Positions 48,446 through 58,231 of a DNA stretch of 64,000 bases are shown here, piece after piece. The notes below the pieces were generated by a model that was not told where the DNA came from, made no database searches, and saw only the letters and a program-made list of their open reading frames with translations. This stretch comes from Escherichia coli (GTDB taxonomy: Bacteria; Pseudomonadota; Gammaproteobacteria; Enterobacterales; Enterobacteriaceae), in the NCBI RefSeq assembly GCF_003334255.1, contig NZ_QOWU01000009.1, one strand, 5' to 3'. Each line of letters opens with the position of its first letter. The stretch's first letter is position 1. A program made the translations under genes and the position numbers.

Positions 48446-50887
48446 ATGTCACAAGATCCTTTCCAGGAACGCGAAGCTGAAAAATACGCGAATCCCATCC
48501 CTAGTCGGGAATTTATCCTCGAACATTTAACCAAACGTGAAAAACCGGCCAGCCGTGATGAGCTGGCGGTAGAACTGCACATTGAAGGCGAAGAGCAGCT
48601 TGAAGGCCTGCGTCGCCGCCTGCGCGCGATGGAGCGCGATGGTCAACTGGTCTTCACTCGTCGTCAGTGCTATGCGCTGCCGGAACGCCTCGACCTGGTG
48701 AAAGGTACCGTTATTGGCCACCGTGATGGCTACGGCTTTCTGCGGGTTGAAGGGCGTAAAGATGATTTGTATCTCTCCAGCGAGCAGATGAAAACCTGCA
48801 TTCATGGCGATCAGGTGCTGGCTCAGCCGCTGGGTGCTGACCGTAAAGGTCGTCGTGAAGCGCGTATTGTCCGCGTACTGGTGCCAAAAACCAGCCAGAT
48901 TGTTGGTCGCTACTTTACCGAAGCGGGCGTCGGCTTTGTGGTTCCTGACGACAGCCGTCTGAGCTTCGATATCTTAATCCCGCCCGATCAGATCATGGGC
49001 GCGCGGATGGGCTTTGTGGTCGTAGTCGAACTGACTCAGCGTCCGACTCGCCGCACCAAAGCGGTGGGTAAAATCGTCGAAGTGCTGGGCGACAATATGG
49101 GCACCGGCATGGCGGTTGATATCGCTCTGCGTACCCATGAAATTCCGTACATCTGGCCGCAGGCTGTTGAGCAACAGGTTGCCGGGCTGAAAGAAGAAGT
49201 GCCGGAAGAAGCAAAAGCGGGCCGTGTTGATCTGCGCGATTTACCGCTGGTCACCATTGATGGCGAAGACGCCCGTGACTTTGACGATGCAGTTTACTGC
49301 GAGAAAAAACGCGGCGGCGGCTGGCGTTTATGGGTCGCGATTGCCGACGTCAGCTACTATGTGCGTCCGTCAACGCCGCTGGACAGAGAAGCGCGTAACC
49401 GTGGCACGTCGGTGTACTTCCCTTCGCAGGTTATCCCGATGCTGCCGGAAGTGCTCTCTAACGGCCTGTGTTCGCTCAACCCGCAGGTAGACCGCCTGTG
49501 TATGGTGTGCGAGATGACGGTTTCGTCGAAAGGCCGCCTGACGGGCTACAAATTCTACGAAGCGGTGATGAGCTCTCACGCGCGTCTGACCTACACCAAA
49601 GTCTGGCATATTCTGCAGGGCGATCAGGATCTGCGCGAGCAGTACGCCCCGCTGGTTAAGCATCTCGAAGAGTTGCATAACCTCTATAAAGTGCTGGATA
49701 AAGCCCGTGAAGAACGCGGTGGGATCTCATTTGAGAGCGAAGAAGCGAAGTTCATTTTCAACGCTGAACGCCGTATTGAACGTATCGAACAGACCCAGCG
49801 TAACGACGCGCACAAATTAATTGAAGAGTGCATGATTCTGGCGAATATCTCGGCGGCGCGTTTCGTTGAGAAAGCGAAAGAACCGGCACTGTTCCGTATT
49901 CACGACAAGCCGAGCACCGAAGCGATTACCTCTTTCCGTTCAGTGCTGGCGGAGCTGGGGCTGGAACTGCCGGGCGGTAACAAGCCGGAACCGCGTGACT
50001 ACGCGGAGCTGCTGGAGTCGGTTGCCGATCGTCCTGATGCAGAAATGCTGCAAACCATGCTGCTGCGCTCGATGAAACAGGCGATTTACGATCCAGAAAA
50101 CCGTGGTCACTTTGGCCTGGCATTGCAGTCCTATGCGCACTTTACTTCGCCGATTCGTCGTTATCCAGACCTGACGCTGCACCGCGCCATTAAATATCTG
50201 CTGGCGAAAGAGCAGGGGCATCAGGGCAACACCACTGAAACCGGCGGCTACCATTATTCGATGGAAGAGATGCTGCAACTGGGTCAGCACTGTTCGATGG
50301 CGGAACGTCGTGCCGACGAAGCAACGCGCGATGTGGCTGACTGGCTGAAGTGTGACTTCATGCTCGACCAGGTAGGTAACGTCTTTAAAGGCGTAATTTC
50401 CAGCGTCACTGGCTTTGGCTTCTTCGTCCGTCTGGACGACTTGTTCATTGATGGTCTGGTCCATGTCTCTTCGCTGGACAATGACTACTATCGCTTTGAC
50501 CAGGTAGGGCAACGCCTGATGGGGGAATCCAGCGGCCAGACTTATCGCCTGGGCGATCGCGTGGAAGTTCGCGTCGAAGCGGTTAATATGGACGAGCGCA
50601 AAATCGACTTTAGCCTGATCTCCAGCGAACGCGCACCGCGCAACGTCGGTAAAACGGCGCGCGAGAAAGCGAAAAAAGGCGATGCAGGTAAAAAAGGCGG
50701 CAAGCGTCGTCAGGTCGGTAAAAAGGTAAACTTTGAGCCAGACAGCGCCTTCCGCGGTGAGAAAAAAACGAAGCCGAAAGCGGCGAAGAAAGACGCGAGA
50801 AAAGCGAAAAAGCCATCGGCGAAAACGCAGAAAATAGCTGCAGCGACCAAAGCGAAGCGTGCGGCGAAGAAAAAAGTGGCAGAGTGA
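48446..50887 (+). CDS. rnr: Exoribonuclease R (813 aa)
   Basis: The ORF-track entry is 827 aa. The ATG at 48446 (SD GGAGG upstream) gives [23 protein letters not shown]. It has an RNB domain, an S1 domain and a Lys-rich C-terminal tail. Confidence 0.95.
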   Translation: MSQDPFQEREAEKYANPIPSREFILEHLTKREKPASRDELAVELHIEGEEQLEGLRRRLRAMERDGQLVFTRRQCYALPERLDLVKGTVIGHRDGYGFLRVEGRKDDLYLSSEQMKTCIHGDQVLAQPLGADRKGRREARIVRVLVPKTSQIVGRYFTEAGVGFVVPDDSRLSFDILIPPDQIMGARMGFVVVVELTQRPTRRTKAVGKIVEVLGDNMGTGMAVDIALRTHEIPYIWPQAVEQQVAGLKEEVPEEAKAGRVDLRDLPLVTIDGEDARDFDDAVYCEKKRGGGWRLWVAIADVSYYVRPSTPLDREARNRGTSVYFPSQVIPMLPEVLSNGLCSLNPQVDRLCMVCEMTVSSKGRLTGYKFYEAVMSSHARLTYTKVWHILQGDQDLREQYAPLVKHLEELHNLYKVLDKAREERGGISFESEEAKFIFNAERRIERIEQTQRNDAHKLIEECMILANISAARFVEKAKEPALFRIHDKPSTEAITSFRSVLAELGLELPGGNKPEPRDYAELLESVADRPDAEMLQTMLLRSMKQAIYDPENRGHFGLALQSYAHFTSPIRRYPDLTLHRAIKYLLAKEQGHQGNTTETGGYHYSMEEMLQLGQHCSMAERRADEATRDVADWLKCDFMLDQVGNVFKGVISSVTGFGFFVRLDDLFIDGLVHVSSLDNDYYRFDQVGQRLMGESSGQTYRLGDRVEVRVEAVNMDERKIDFSLISSERAPRNVGKTAREKAKKGDAGKKGGKRRQVGKKVNFEPDSAFRGEKKTKPKAAKKDARKAKKPSAKTQKIAAATKAKRAAKKKVAE

Positions 50888-50944
50888 TCAATACCCTCTT
50901 TAAAAGAAGAGGGTTAGATTGCTGACAAAATGCGCTTTGTTCAT

Positions 50945-51042
50945 GCCGGATGCGGCGTGAACGCCTTATCCGGCCTACATAATCACGCAAATTCAATATA
51001 TTGCAGAGATCATGTAGGCCGGATAAACGTAGTGCATCAGGC
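50945..51042. repeat. BIME (two inverted REPs) between rnr and rlmB
   Basis: GCCGGATGCGGCGTGAACGCCTTATCCGGCCTAC at 50945-78 and GTAGGCCGGATAAACGTAGTGCATCAGGC at 51014-42. Confidence 0.85.
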
Positions 51043-51066
51043 AAAACGTAAACAACGAGTACATTA

Positions 51067-51798
51067 ATGAGCGAAATGATTTACGGCATCCACGCAGTGC
51101 AGGCCCTGCTGGAGCGCGCCCCTGAACGTTTTCAGGAAGTCTTTATTTTAAAAGGCCGTGAAGATAAACGTCTGTTACCGCTGATTCACGCCCTTGAGTC
51201 TCAGGGCGTGGTTATCCAGTTGGCAAACCGCCAATATCTCGACGAGAAAAGCGACGGTGCCGTGCATCAGGGCATTATCGCCCGCGTGAAGCCAGGACGT
51301 CAGTATCAGGAAAACGATCTGCCGGATCTGATCGCTTCGCTCGATCAACCGTTCCTGCTGATCCTCGACGGCGTAACCGATCCGCACAACCTCGGCGCGT
51401 GCCTGCGTAGTGCGGACGCCGCAGGCGTTCATGCGGTGATTGTGCCGAAAGATCGCTCCGCACAGCTCAACGCTACGGCGAAAAAAGTAGCCTGCGGCGC
51501 GGCAGAAAGCGTTCCGCTGATTCGGGTGACTAACCTTGCGCGCACCATGCGTATGTTGCAGGAAGAGAATATCTGGATCGTCGGTACGGCAGGCGAGGCG
51601 GATCATACACTCTATCAGAGCAAAATGACCGGACGCCTGGCGCTGGTGATGGGTGCGGAAGGTGAAGGTATGCGTCGCCTGACTCGTGAACATTGCGATG
51701 AGTTGATCAGCATCCCGATGGCTGGAAGCGTTTCTTCCCTGAACGTTTCGGTTGCGACCGGAATTTGCTTATTTGAAGCGGTGCGCCAGCGCAGCTAA
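51067..51798 (+). CDS. rlmB: 23S rRNA (Gm2251) 2'-O-methyltransferase (SpoU/TrmH family)
   Basis: 243-aa [33 protein letters not shown] with SPOUT motifs. Confidence 0.93.
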
Positions 51799-51818
51799 TT
51801 TCTCAGAATTATGAAAAG

Positions 51819-51844
51819 CCATCCAGATTTGGATGGTTTTTTTT
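51819..51844 (+). terminator. rlmB terminator
   Basis: CCATCC-AGATTT-GGATGG followed by TTTTTTTT. Confidence 0.85.
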
Positions 51845-51923
51845 GTCTATAGCTGGTAAGATAATTACGTATTGCAAATATTCATTTTATTAATATTTAA
51901 ACTTAATCTATATGGAATAATAT

Positions 51924-52325
51924 ATGACATGGAATCCGTTGGCGCTAGCGACGGCGCTGCAAACTGTACCTGAACAAAATATTGATGTAACAAATAGCGA
52001 GAACGCATTAATTATTAAAATGAATGATTATGGCGATTTGCAAATCAATATTCTTTTTACTTCCCGCCAAATGATTATCGAAACCTTTATTTGTCCGGTG
52101 AGTAGTATCAGCAATCCAGATGAATTTAATACCTTCTTATTAAGAAATCAGAAGATGATGCCGTTGTCATCGGTAGGGATCTCCAGCGTACAACAGGAAG
52201 AGTATTACATTGTTTTCGGGGCGTTATCGCTTAAATCTTCTCTTGAAGATATCCTGCTTGAGATAACCTCGCTGGTAGATAACGCATTGGATCTGGCTGA
52301 AATTACAGAAGAATATTCACACTAA
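51924..52325 (+). CDS. yjfI: Small acidic protein of unknown function (133 aa)
   Basis: 133-aa ORF, the first gene of the tightly spaced yjfI-C cluster. I recognise no catalytic motif. Confidence 0.8.
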   Translation: MTWNPLALATALQTVPEQNIDVTNSENALIIKMNDYGDLQINILFTSRQMIIETFICPVSSISNPDEFNTFLLRNQKMMPLSSVGISSVQQEEYYIVFGALSLKSSLEDILLEITSLVDNALDLAEITEEYSH

Positions 52326-52343
52326 TTACAAGGACGGGTATTT

Positions 52344-53042
52344 ATGGGAATTTTAAAAAGTTTATTTACGCTGGGGAAATCGTTTATCTCCCAGGCGGAA
52401 GAATCCATTGAAGAAACCCAGGGCGTGCGCATGCTGGAACAGCATATTCGTGACGCTAAAGCTGAACTCGATAAAGCCGGAAAATCTCGCGTTGATCTGC
52501 TGGCGCGGGTGAAATTAAGTCACGATAAGCTGAAAGATTTACGTGAGCGCAAAGCCAGTCTGGAAGCCCGTGCGCTGGAAGCGTTAAGCAAGAACGTTAA
52601 TCCGTCGTTGATTAACGAAGTTGCTGAAGAAATCGCGCGCCTTGAGAATCTCATTACCGCTGAAGAGCAAGTGTTGTCGAATCTGGAAGTCTCCCGTGAT
52701 GGCGTGGAAAAAGCAGTTACAGCGACAGCGCAGCGTATCGCTCAGTTTGAGCAGCAAATGGAAGTCGTTAAAGCCACTGAAGCCATGCAGCGTGCACAAC
52801 AGGCTGTAACAACCTCTACCGTTGGCGCATCTTCCAGCGTTTCGACAGCGGCAGAATCCTTAAAACGCCTGCAAACGCGTCAGGCCGAACGTCAGGCTCG
52901 CCTGGATGCTGCCGCACAGTTGGAGAAAGTCGCAGACGGTCGCGACCTTGACGAAAAGCTGGCGGAAGCCGGAATTGGCGGTAGCAATAAAAGTAGCGCC
53001 CAGGATGTATTAGCAAGACTGCAACGCCAACAGGGCGAGTAA
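52344..53042 (+). CDS. yjfJ: PspA/IM30 (ESCRT-III-like) family protein (232 aa)
   Basis: 232-aa ORF, almost entirely helical with heptad-like character (QAEESIEETQGVRMLEQHIRDAKAELDKAGKSRVDLLARVKL...). The family assignment is from recollection of YjfJ. Confidence 0.85.
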   Translation: MGILKSLFTLGKSFISQAEESIEETQGVRMLEQHIRDAKAELDKAGKSRVDLLARVKLSHDKLKDLRERKASLEARALEALSKNVNPSLINEVAEEIARLENLITAEEQVLSNLEVSRDGVEKAVTATAQRIAQFEQQMEVVKATEAMQRAQQAVTTSTVGASSSVSTAAESLKRLQTRQAERQARLDAAAQLEKVADGRDLDEKLAEAGIGGSNKSSAQDVLARLQRQQGE

Positions 53043-53047
53043 TTTTT

Positions 53048-53074
53048 TTGCCAGCCTCGCTAAAAGGCTGGCAA
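53048..53074 (+). terminator. Intercistronic stem-loop between yjfJ and yjfK (possible attenuator or processing site)
   Basis: TTGCCAGCC-TCGCTAAAA-GGCTGGCAA (9-bp stem) followed by CTATTTT, then the yjfK SD/ATG 19 nt later. Confidence 0.45.
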
Positions 53075-53092
53075 CTATTTTAAGGATAAAAT

Positions 53093-53752
53093 ATGTCTGG
53101 TTTTTTCCAGCGTCTGTTTGGCAAGGATAATAAGCCAGCTATCGCTCGTGGTCCGCTGGGACTTCATCTCAATAGTGGCTTTACGCTCGACACGTTAGCG
53201 TTTCGTTTGCTGGAAGATGAATTGCTGATTGCGCTGCCGGGTGAGGAATTTACGGTAGCCGCCGTCAGCCACATCGATCTGGGCGGCGGTAGTCAGATTT
53301 TCCGCTACTACACTTCAGGCGATGAGTTTCTGCAAATCAATACCACCGGCGGCGAAGATATTGATGACATTGATGATATCAAGCTCTTTGTCTATGAAGA
53401 GAGCTACGGTATCAGTAAAGAGAGTCACTGGCGCGAGGCGATCAACGCCAAAGCGATGGGAGCAATGACCTTAAACTGGCAGGAAAAACGCTGGCAGCGA
53501 TTTTTTAACAGCGAAGAACCGGGAAATATCGAACCCGTCTACATGCTGGAAAAAGTAGAAAATCAAAACCATGCCAAATGGGAGGTCCATAATTTTACCA
53601 TGGGCTACCAACGGCAAGTAACCGAAGATACTTACGAATATTTGCTGCTAAATGGTGAGGAATCTTTTAACGATCTCGGCGAGCCAGAGTGGTTATTTTC
53701 GCGCGCGTTGGGTGTCGATATCCCGCTGACATCACTTCATATTATTGGTTAA
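53093..53752 (+). CDS. yjfK: Acidic protein of unknown function (219 aa)
   Basis: 219-aa ORF with a DIDDIDDI acidic tract and no motif I can assign. Confidence 0.8.
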   Translation: MSGFFQRLFGKDNKPAIARGPLGLHLNSGFTLDTLAFRLLEDELLIALPGEEFTVAAVSHIDLGGGSQIFRYYTSGDEFLQINTTGGEDIDDIDDIKLFVYEESYGISKESHWREAINAKAMGAMTLNWQEKRWQRFFNSEEPGNIEPVYMLEKVENQNHAKWEVHNFTMGYQRQVTEDTYEYLLLNGEESFNDLGEPEWLFSRALGVDIPLTSLHIIG

Positions 53753-53769
53753 TTACAAGGACGTTTACA

Positions 53770-54168
53770 ATGCATATACTGGATTCACTTCTTGCCTTTA
53801 GCGCCTATTTTTTTATTGGCGTGGCTATGGTGATTATTTTTCTGTTTATCTATTCTAAAATTACACCGCACAACGAATGGCAGTTAATCAAAAACAATAA
53901 TACCGCGGCGTCACTGGCGTTCAGCGGTACATTGTTGGGTTACGTTATCCCCTTATCCAGTGCGGCAATCAATGCGGTGAGTATTCCAGACTATTTCGCC
54001 TGGGGCGGGATTGCACTGGTGATTCAGTTACTCGTTTTTGCTGGTGTCAGACTTTATATGCCCGCATTAAGCGAAAAAATTATTAATCACAATACCGCAG
54101 CAGGAATGTTTATGGGAACCGCCGCGCTGGCTGGCGGTATTTTTAACGCAGCTTGTATGACATGGTAA
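53770..54168 (+). CDS. yjfL: Small inner-membrane protein with four hydrophobic segments (132 aa)
   Basis: The ORF-track entry is 159 aa. The ATG at 53770 gives MHILDSLLAFSAYFFIGVAMVIIFLFIY. Confidence 0.8.
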   Translation: MHILDSLLAFSAYFFIGVAMVIIFLFIYSKITPHNEWQLIKNNNTAASLAFSGTLLGYVIPLSSAAINAVSIPDYFAWGGIALVIQLLVFAGVRLYMPALSEKIINHNTAAGMFMGTAALAGGIFNAACMTW

Positions 54169-54177
54169 TGGACGATC

Positions 54178-54816
54178 ATGGCCAGAAAACGCAAATCAAG
54201 AAATAACAGTAAAATTGGTCACGGAGCGATTAGTCGCATTGGTAGACCGAATAATCCTTTTGAACCGCGTCGCAATCGCTACGCACAAAAATACTTAACG
54301 TTGGCGCTAATGGGCGGTGCCGCTTTTTTCGTATTGAAAGGTTGTAGCGATAGTAGCGATGTCGATAACGACGGCGACGGAACGTTTTACGCGACAGTGC
54401 AGGATTGTATTGATGACGGTAATAATGCCGACATTTGCGCGCGTGGCTGGAACAACGCCAAAACGGCATTTTATGCCGATGTTCCGAAGAATATGACTCA
54501 GCAGAACTGTCAGTCTAAGTACGAAAATTGCTACTACGACAATGTTGAACAGAGTTGGATCCCGGTCGTTTCTGGATTTTTGTTAAGCCGGGTTATTCGT
54601 AAAGATCGCGATGAGCCGTTTGTTTATAACAGCGGCGGTTCCTCTTTTGCTTCGCGCCCAGTCTGGCGCAGCACTTCTGGTGATTACTCTTGGCGCTCCG
54701 GTTCTGGCAAAAAAGAGTCTTACTCTTCGGGCGGCTTTACCACCAAAAAAGCGTCTACCGTTTCTCGCGGCGGCTATGGTCGTTCTTCCAGCGCCCGTGG
54801 GCATTGGGGAGGCTAA
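54178..54816 (+). CDS. yjfM: Membrane-anchored or lipoprotein-like protein of unknown function (212 aa)
   Basis: 212-aa ORF with a basic N-terminus (MARKRKSRNNSK), one hydrophobic segment ending LKGC, a Cys-containing middle region and a G/S/R/Y-rich C-terminal tail. Confidence 0.8.
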   Translation: MARKRKSRNNSKIGHGAISRIGRPNNPFEPRRNRYAQKYLTLALMGGAAFFVLKGCSDSSDVDNDGDGTFYATVQDCIDDGNNADICARGWNNAKTAFYADVPKNMTQQNCQSKYENCYYDNVEQSWIPVVSGFLLSRVIRKDRDEPFVYNSGGSSFASRPVWRSTSGDYSWRSGSGKKESYSSGGFTTKKASTVSRGGYGRSSSARGHWGG

Positions 54817-54818
54817 TC

Positions 54819-55982
54819 ATGCTGAGACACAACGTTCCTGTGCGACGGGATCTGGACCAGATCGCCGCTGACAACGGTTTCGACTTTCATATCATCGACA
54901 ATGAAATCTATTGGGATGAGAGTCGGGCTTACCGTTTTACTCTGCGCCAGATTGAAGAGCAGATCGAAAAACCGACTGCGGAACTGCATCAGATGTGCCT
55001 TGAGGTGGTGGATCGCGCGGTAAAAGATGAAGAGATCCTGACGCAACTGGCGATCCCGCCGTTGTACTGGGATGTGATCGCTGAAAGCTGGCGCGCCCGC
55101 GATCCTTCGCTGTATGGACGGATGGATTTTGCCTGGTGTGGCAATGCGCCGGTGAAGCTGCTGGAGTACAACGCCGATACGCCAACTTCATTGTACGAGT
55201 CGGCTTATTTCCAGTGGCTGTGGCTGGAGGATGCCCGGCGCAGCGGCATTATTCCGCGTGATGCCGATCAGTACAATGCTATTCAGGAACGCCTGATTTC
55301 ACGCTTTAGCGAGCTTTACAGTCGGGAACCGTTTTATTTTTGCTGCTGTCAGGACACCGATGAAGACAGGAGTACCGTGCTGTACTTGCAGGACTGCGCC
55401 CAGCAGGCAGGGCAGGAGTCGCGGTTTATCTACATTGAAGATCTCGGTTTGGGCGTCGGCGGCGTACTGACCGATCTTGATGATAATGTCATCCAGCGTG
55501 CATTTAAGCTGTATCCGCTGGAGTGGATGATGCGTGACGATAACGGTCCGCTGCTGCGCAAGCGTCGCGAGCAATGGGTGGAGCCGTTATGGAAAAGTAT
55601 CTTGAGTAATAAAGGGCTAATGCCGCTGCTTTGGCGCTTCTTCCCTGGTCATCCTAACCTTCTTGCATCCTGGTTTGAGGGTGAAAAATCGCAGATTGCC
55701 GCTGGCGAAAGCTATGTGCGTAAACCGCTCTACTCGCGCGAAGGCGGAAATGTCACCATTTTCGACGGCCAGAATAACGTCGTTGACCACGCTGATGGTG
55801 ATTACGCCGATGAACCGATGATCTACCAGGCGTTTCAACCTCTGCCGCGGTTTGGCGATAGCTACACACTCATCGGTAGCTGGATTGTCGATGATGAAGC
55901 GTGCGGAATGGGGATCCGTGAAGATAACACACTGATCACCAAAGACACCTCACGTTTCGTTCCGCATTACATTGCTGGATAA
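54819..55982 (+). CDS. yjfC: Glutathionylspermidine-synthase-like ATP-grasp protein (387 aa)
   Basis: The ORF-track entry is 430 aa. The ATG at 54819, 2 nt after the yjfM stop, gives MLRHNVPVRRDLDQIAADNGFDFHIIDNEIYWDE. The family call is from recollection of YjfC. Confidence 0.85.
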   Translation: MLRHNVPVRRDLDQIAADNGFDFHIIDNEIYWDESRAYRFTLRQIEEQIEKPTAELHQMCLEVVDRAVKDEEILTQLAIPPLYWDVIAESWRARDPSLYGRMDFAWCGNAPVKLLEYNADTPTSLYESAYFQWLWLEDARRSGIIPRDADQYNAIQERLISRFSELYSREPFYFCCCQDTDEDRSTVLYLQDCAQQAGQESRFIYIEDLGLGVGGVLTDLDDNVIQRAFKLYPLEWMMRDDNGPLLRKRREQWVEPLWKSILSNKGLMPLLWRFFPGHPNLLASWFEGEKSQIAAGESYVRKPLYSREGGNVTIFDGQNNVVDHADGDYADEPMIYQAFQPLPRFGDSYTLIGSWIVDDEACGMGIREDNTLITKDTSRFVPHYIAG

Positions 55983-56065
55983 GAATGTTTTAGCAATCTC
56001 TTTCTGTCATGAATCCATGGCAGTGACCATACTAATGGTGACTGCCATTGATGGAGGGAGACACA

Positions 56066-57691
56066 GTGCACTGGCAAACTCACACCGTTTTTAATCAACC
56101 TATACCATTAAATAACAGCAACTTATACCTGTCTGATGGCGCGCTCTGCGAAGCGGTAACGCGTGAAGGTGCTGGCTGGGATAGCGATTTTCTAGCCAGT
56201 ATTGGTCAGCAGTTAGGAACGGCTGAATCCCTTGAACTGGGGCGGCTGGCGAATGTGAATCCGCCTGAATTATTGCGCTACGATGCGCAAGGACGCCGTC
56301 TGGACGATGTGCGTTTTCACCCCGCCTGGCACCTGCTGATGCAGGCGCTATGTACCAATCGGGTGCACAATCTTGCCTGGGAAGAAGACGCTCGCTCCGG
56401 CGCATTTGTGGCGCGCGCGGCGCGTTTTATGTTACATGCGCAGGTTGAGGCAGGGTCGTTATGTCCGATAACCATGACCTTTGCCGCCACGCCATTGTTG
56501 TTACAGATGTTACCCGCGCCGTTTCAGGACTGGACCACGCCGCTATTGAGCGATCGCTACGATTCTCACTTATTGCCAGGTGGGCAAAAACGCGGTTTGT
56601 TGATTGGCATGGGAATGACGGAAAAGCAGGGCGGTTCCGATGTTATGAGCAACACCACCCGTGCAGAGCGTCTGGAAGATGGCTCTTATCGGCTGGTGGG
56701 GCATAAATGGTTTTTCTCGGTTCCGCAAAGCGATGCGCATCTGGTGCTGGCGCAGACCGCGGGTGGTCTGTCCTGCTTTTTTGTGCCGCGCTTTTTGCCT
56801 GACGGGCAACGCAACGCGATTCGCCTCGAGCGGCTGAAAGATAAGCTGGGTAATCGCTCTAACGCCAGTTGCGAAGTGGAGTTTCAGGATGCCATTGGTT
56901 GGTTGTTGGGGCAGGAAGGGGAAGGAATTCGTCTGATCCTGAAAATGGGTGGGATGACGCGTTTTGATTGCGCCCTGGGTAGCCATGCCATGATGCGCCG
57001 TGCATTTTCGCTGGCGATTTATCATGCACATCAACGCCATGTTTTTGGTAATCCATTGATCCAACAGCCCCTTATGCGTCATGTCTTAAGTCGCATGGCA
57101 CTTCAGCTTGAAGGGCAAACGGCGTTGCTGTTTCGTCTTGCGCGAGCGTGGGACCGGCGTGCCGATGCCAAAGAAGCCCTGTGGGCGCGTTTATTTACGC
57201 CTGCGGCAAAATTTGTGATCTGCAAAAGAGGTATGCCGTTTGTGGCCGAAGCGATGGAGGTGCTGGGCGGCATTGGTTATTGCGAGGAGAGCGAGCTGCC
57301 GCGGCTTTACCGGGAGATGCCGGTAAACAGTATTTGGGAAGGTTCCGGCAATATTATGTGCCTGGATGTGTTGCGCGTTCTCAATAAGCAAGCGGGCGTA
57401 TACGACTTATTGTCGGAAGCATTTGTGGAAGTGAAAGGGCAGGATCGCTATTTTGATCGCGCGGTTCGTCGTTTACAGCAGCAGCTGCGTAAGCCAGCTG
57501 AAGAACTGGGGCGAGAGATTACTCATCAGCTATTCCTGCTGGGCTGCGGTGCGCAAATGTTGAAATATGCTTCTCCGCCAATGGCGCAGGCGTGGTGTCA
57601 GGTGATGTTAGATACGCGCGGCGGCGTACGGTTGTCAGAGCAGATCCAGAATGATTTATTGCTGCGGGCGACGGGGGGAGTGTGTGTGTAA
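56066..57691 (+). CDS. aidB: Adaptive-response acyl-CoA-dehydrogenase-like protein AidB (541 aa, GTG start)
   Basis: The ORF-track entry is 547 aa. The GTG at 56066 gives (M)HWQTHTVFNQPIPLNNSNLYLSDGAL. It has an ACAD fold. Confidence 0.92.
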   Translation: MHWQTHTVFNQPIPLNNSNLYLSDGALCEAVTREGAGWDSDFLASIGQQLGTAESLELGRLANVNPPELLRYDAQGRRLDDVRFHPAWHLLMQALCTNRVHNLAWEEDARSGAFVARAARFMLHAQVEAGSLCPITMTFAATPLLLQMLPAPFQDWTTPLLSDRYDSHLLPGGQKRGLLIGMGMTEKQGGSDVMSNTTRAERLEDGSYRLVGHKWFFSVPQSDAHLVLAQTAGGLSCFFVPRFLPDGQRNAIRLERLKDKLGNRSNASCEVEFQDAIGWLLGQEGEGIRLILKMGGMTRFDCALGSHAMMRRAFSLAIYHAHQRHVFGNPLIQQPLMRHVLSRMALQLEGQTALLFRLARAWDRRADAKEALWARLFTPAAKFVICKRGMPFVAEAMEVLGGIGYCEESELPRLYREMPVNSIWEGSGNIMCLDVLRVLNKQAGVYDLLSEAFVEVKGQDRYFDRAVRRLQQQLRKPAEELGREITHQLFLLGCGAQMLKYASPPMAQAWCQVMLDTRGGVRLSEQIQNDLLLRATGGVCV

Positions 57692-57748
57692 GCGTATACG
57701 ACTGATGCGACGCTGGTTTCGATTAACTAAATGAAATATGTGAAAATT

Positions 57749-57783
57749 GTAGGCCGGACAAGGCGCTCGCGCCGCATCCGGCA
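57749..57783. repeat. Single REP element between aidB and yjfN
   Basis: GTAGGCCGGACAAGGCGCTCGCGCCGCATCCGGCA. A truncated REP-like half (CTGATGCGACGC) lies at about 57702-57713. Confidence 0.8.
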
Positions 57784-57807
57784 TTGTTCATTTGCTGTAG
57801 ATGACAC

Positions 57808-58083
57808 TCATGCATACAGTATCGCCTGTACGCGCCAGTTATCAGGCTGCTGGTCTTCGTACATGGTAATAATGCGGTACCATGACGCACCTTGTTCATC
57901 GGCCTTTAACGCCACGATACGTTCCACGTCCTGCGGATCCCCTGAAATATTGCTAACTGAGATCTGACCTATTTCATTCAGGCCCGTCACGCAGTCAGCA
58001 CTGGCGAATTCTGCAGACTGTGCCGTGGCGCTCGCAGGATAAGTCACTAATTGCAGCGAGGGTGAGGCAAGTAATTGTTTCAT
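57808..58083 (-). CDS. yjfN: Small secreted YhcN/BhsA-family (DUF1471-type) protein (91 aa)
   Basis: The ORF was trimmed to the ATG at 58081-83 (MKQLLASPSLQLVTYPASATAQS). Its C-terminus ...WRVQAILYA resembles that of bsmA. Confidence 0.8.
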   Translation of the reverse strand: MKQLLASPSLQLVTYPASATAQSAEFASADCVTGLNEIGQISVSNISGDPQDVERIVALKADEQGASWYRIITMYEDQQPDNWRVQAILYA

Positions 58084-58231
58084 CGTCAGCTCCATTTTTC
58101 GTTTCCCCACATGTTGCAGGGCATTCCATCGCGGTAATAAACGCCCAGGCTTCCAGCCGGTAATTTATTGTGCACAGGTAAACGCATAGGGACGCAAAGC
58201 AATGTAAAGCTGACTATGTAAGTTGTCTGAT

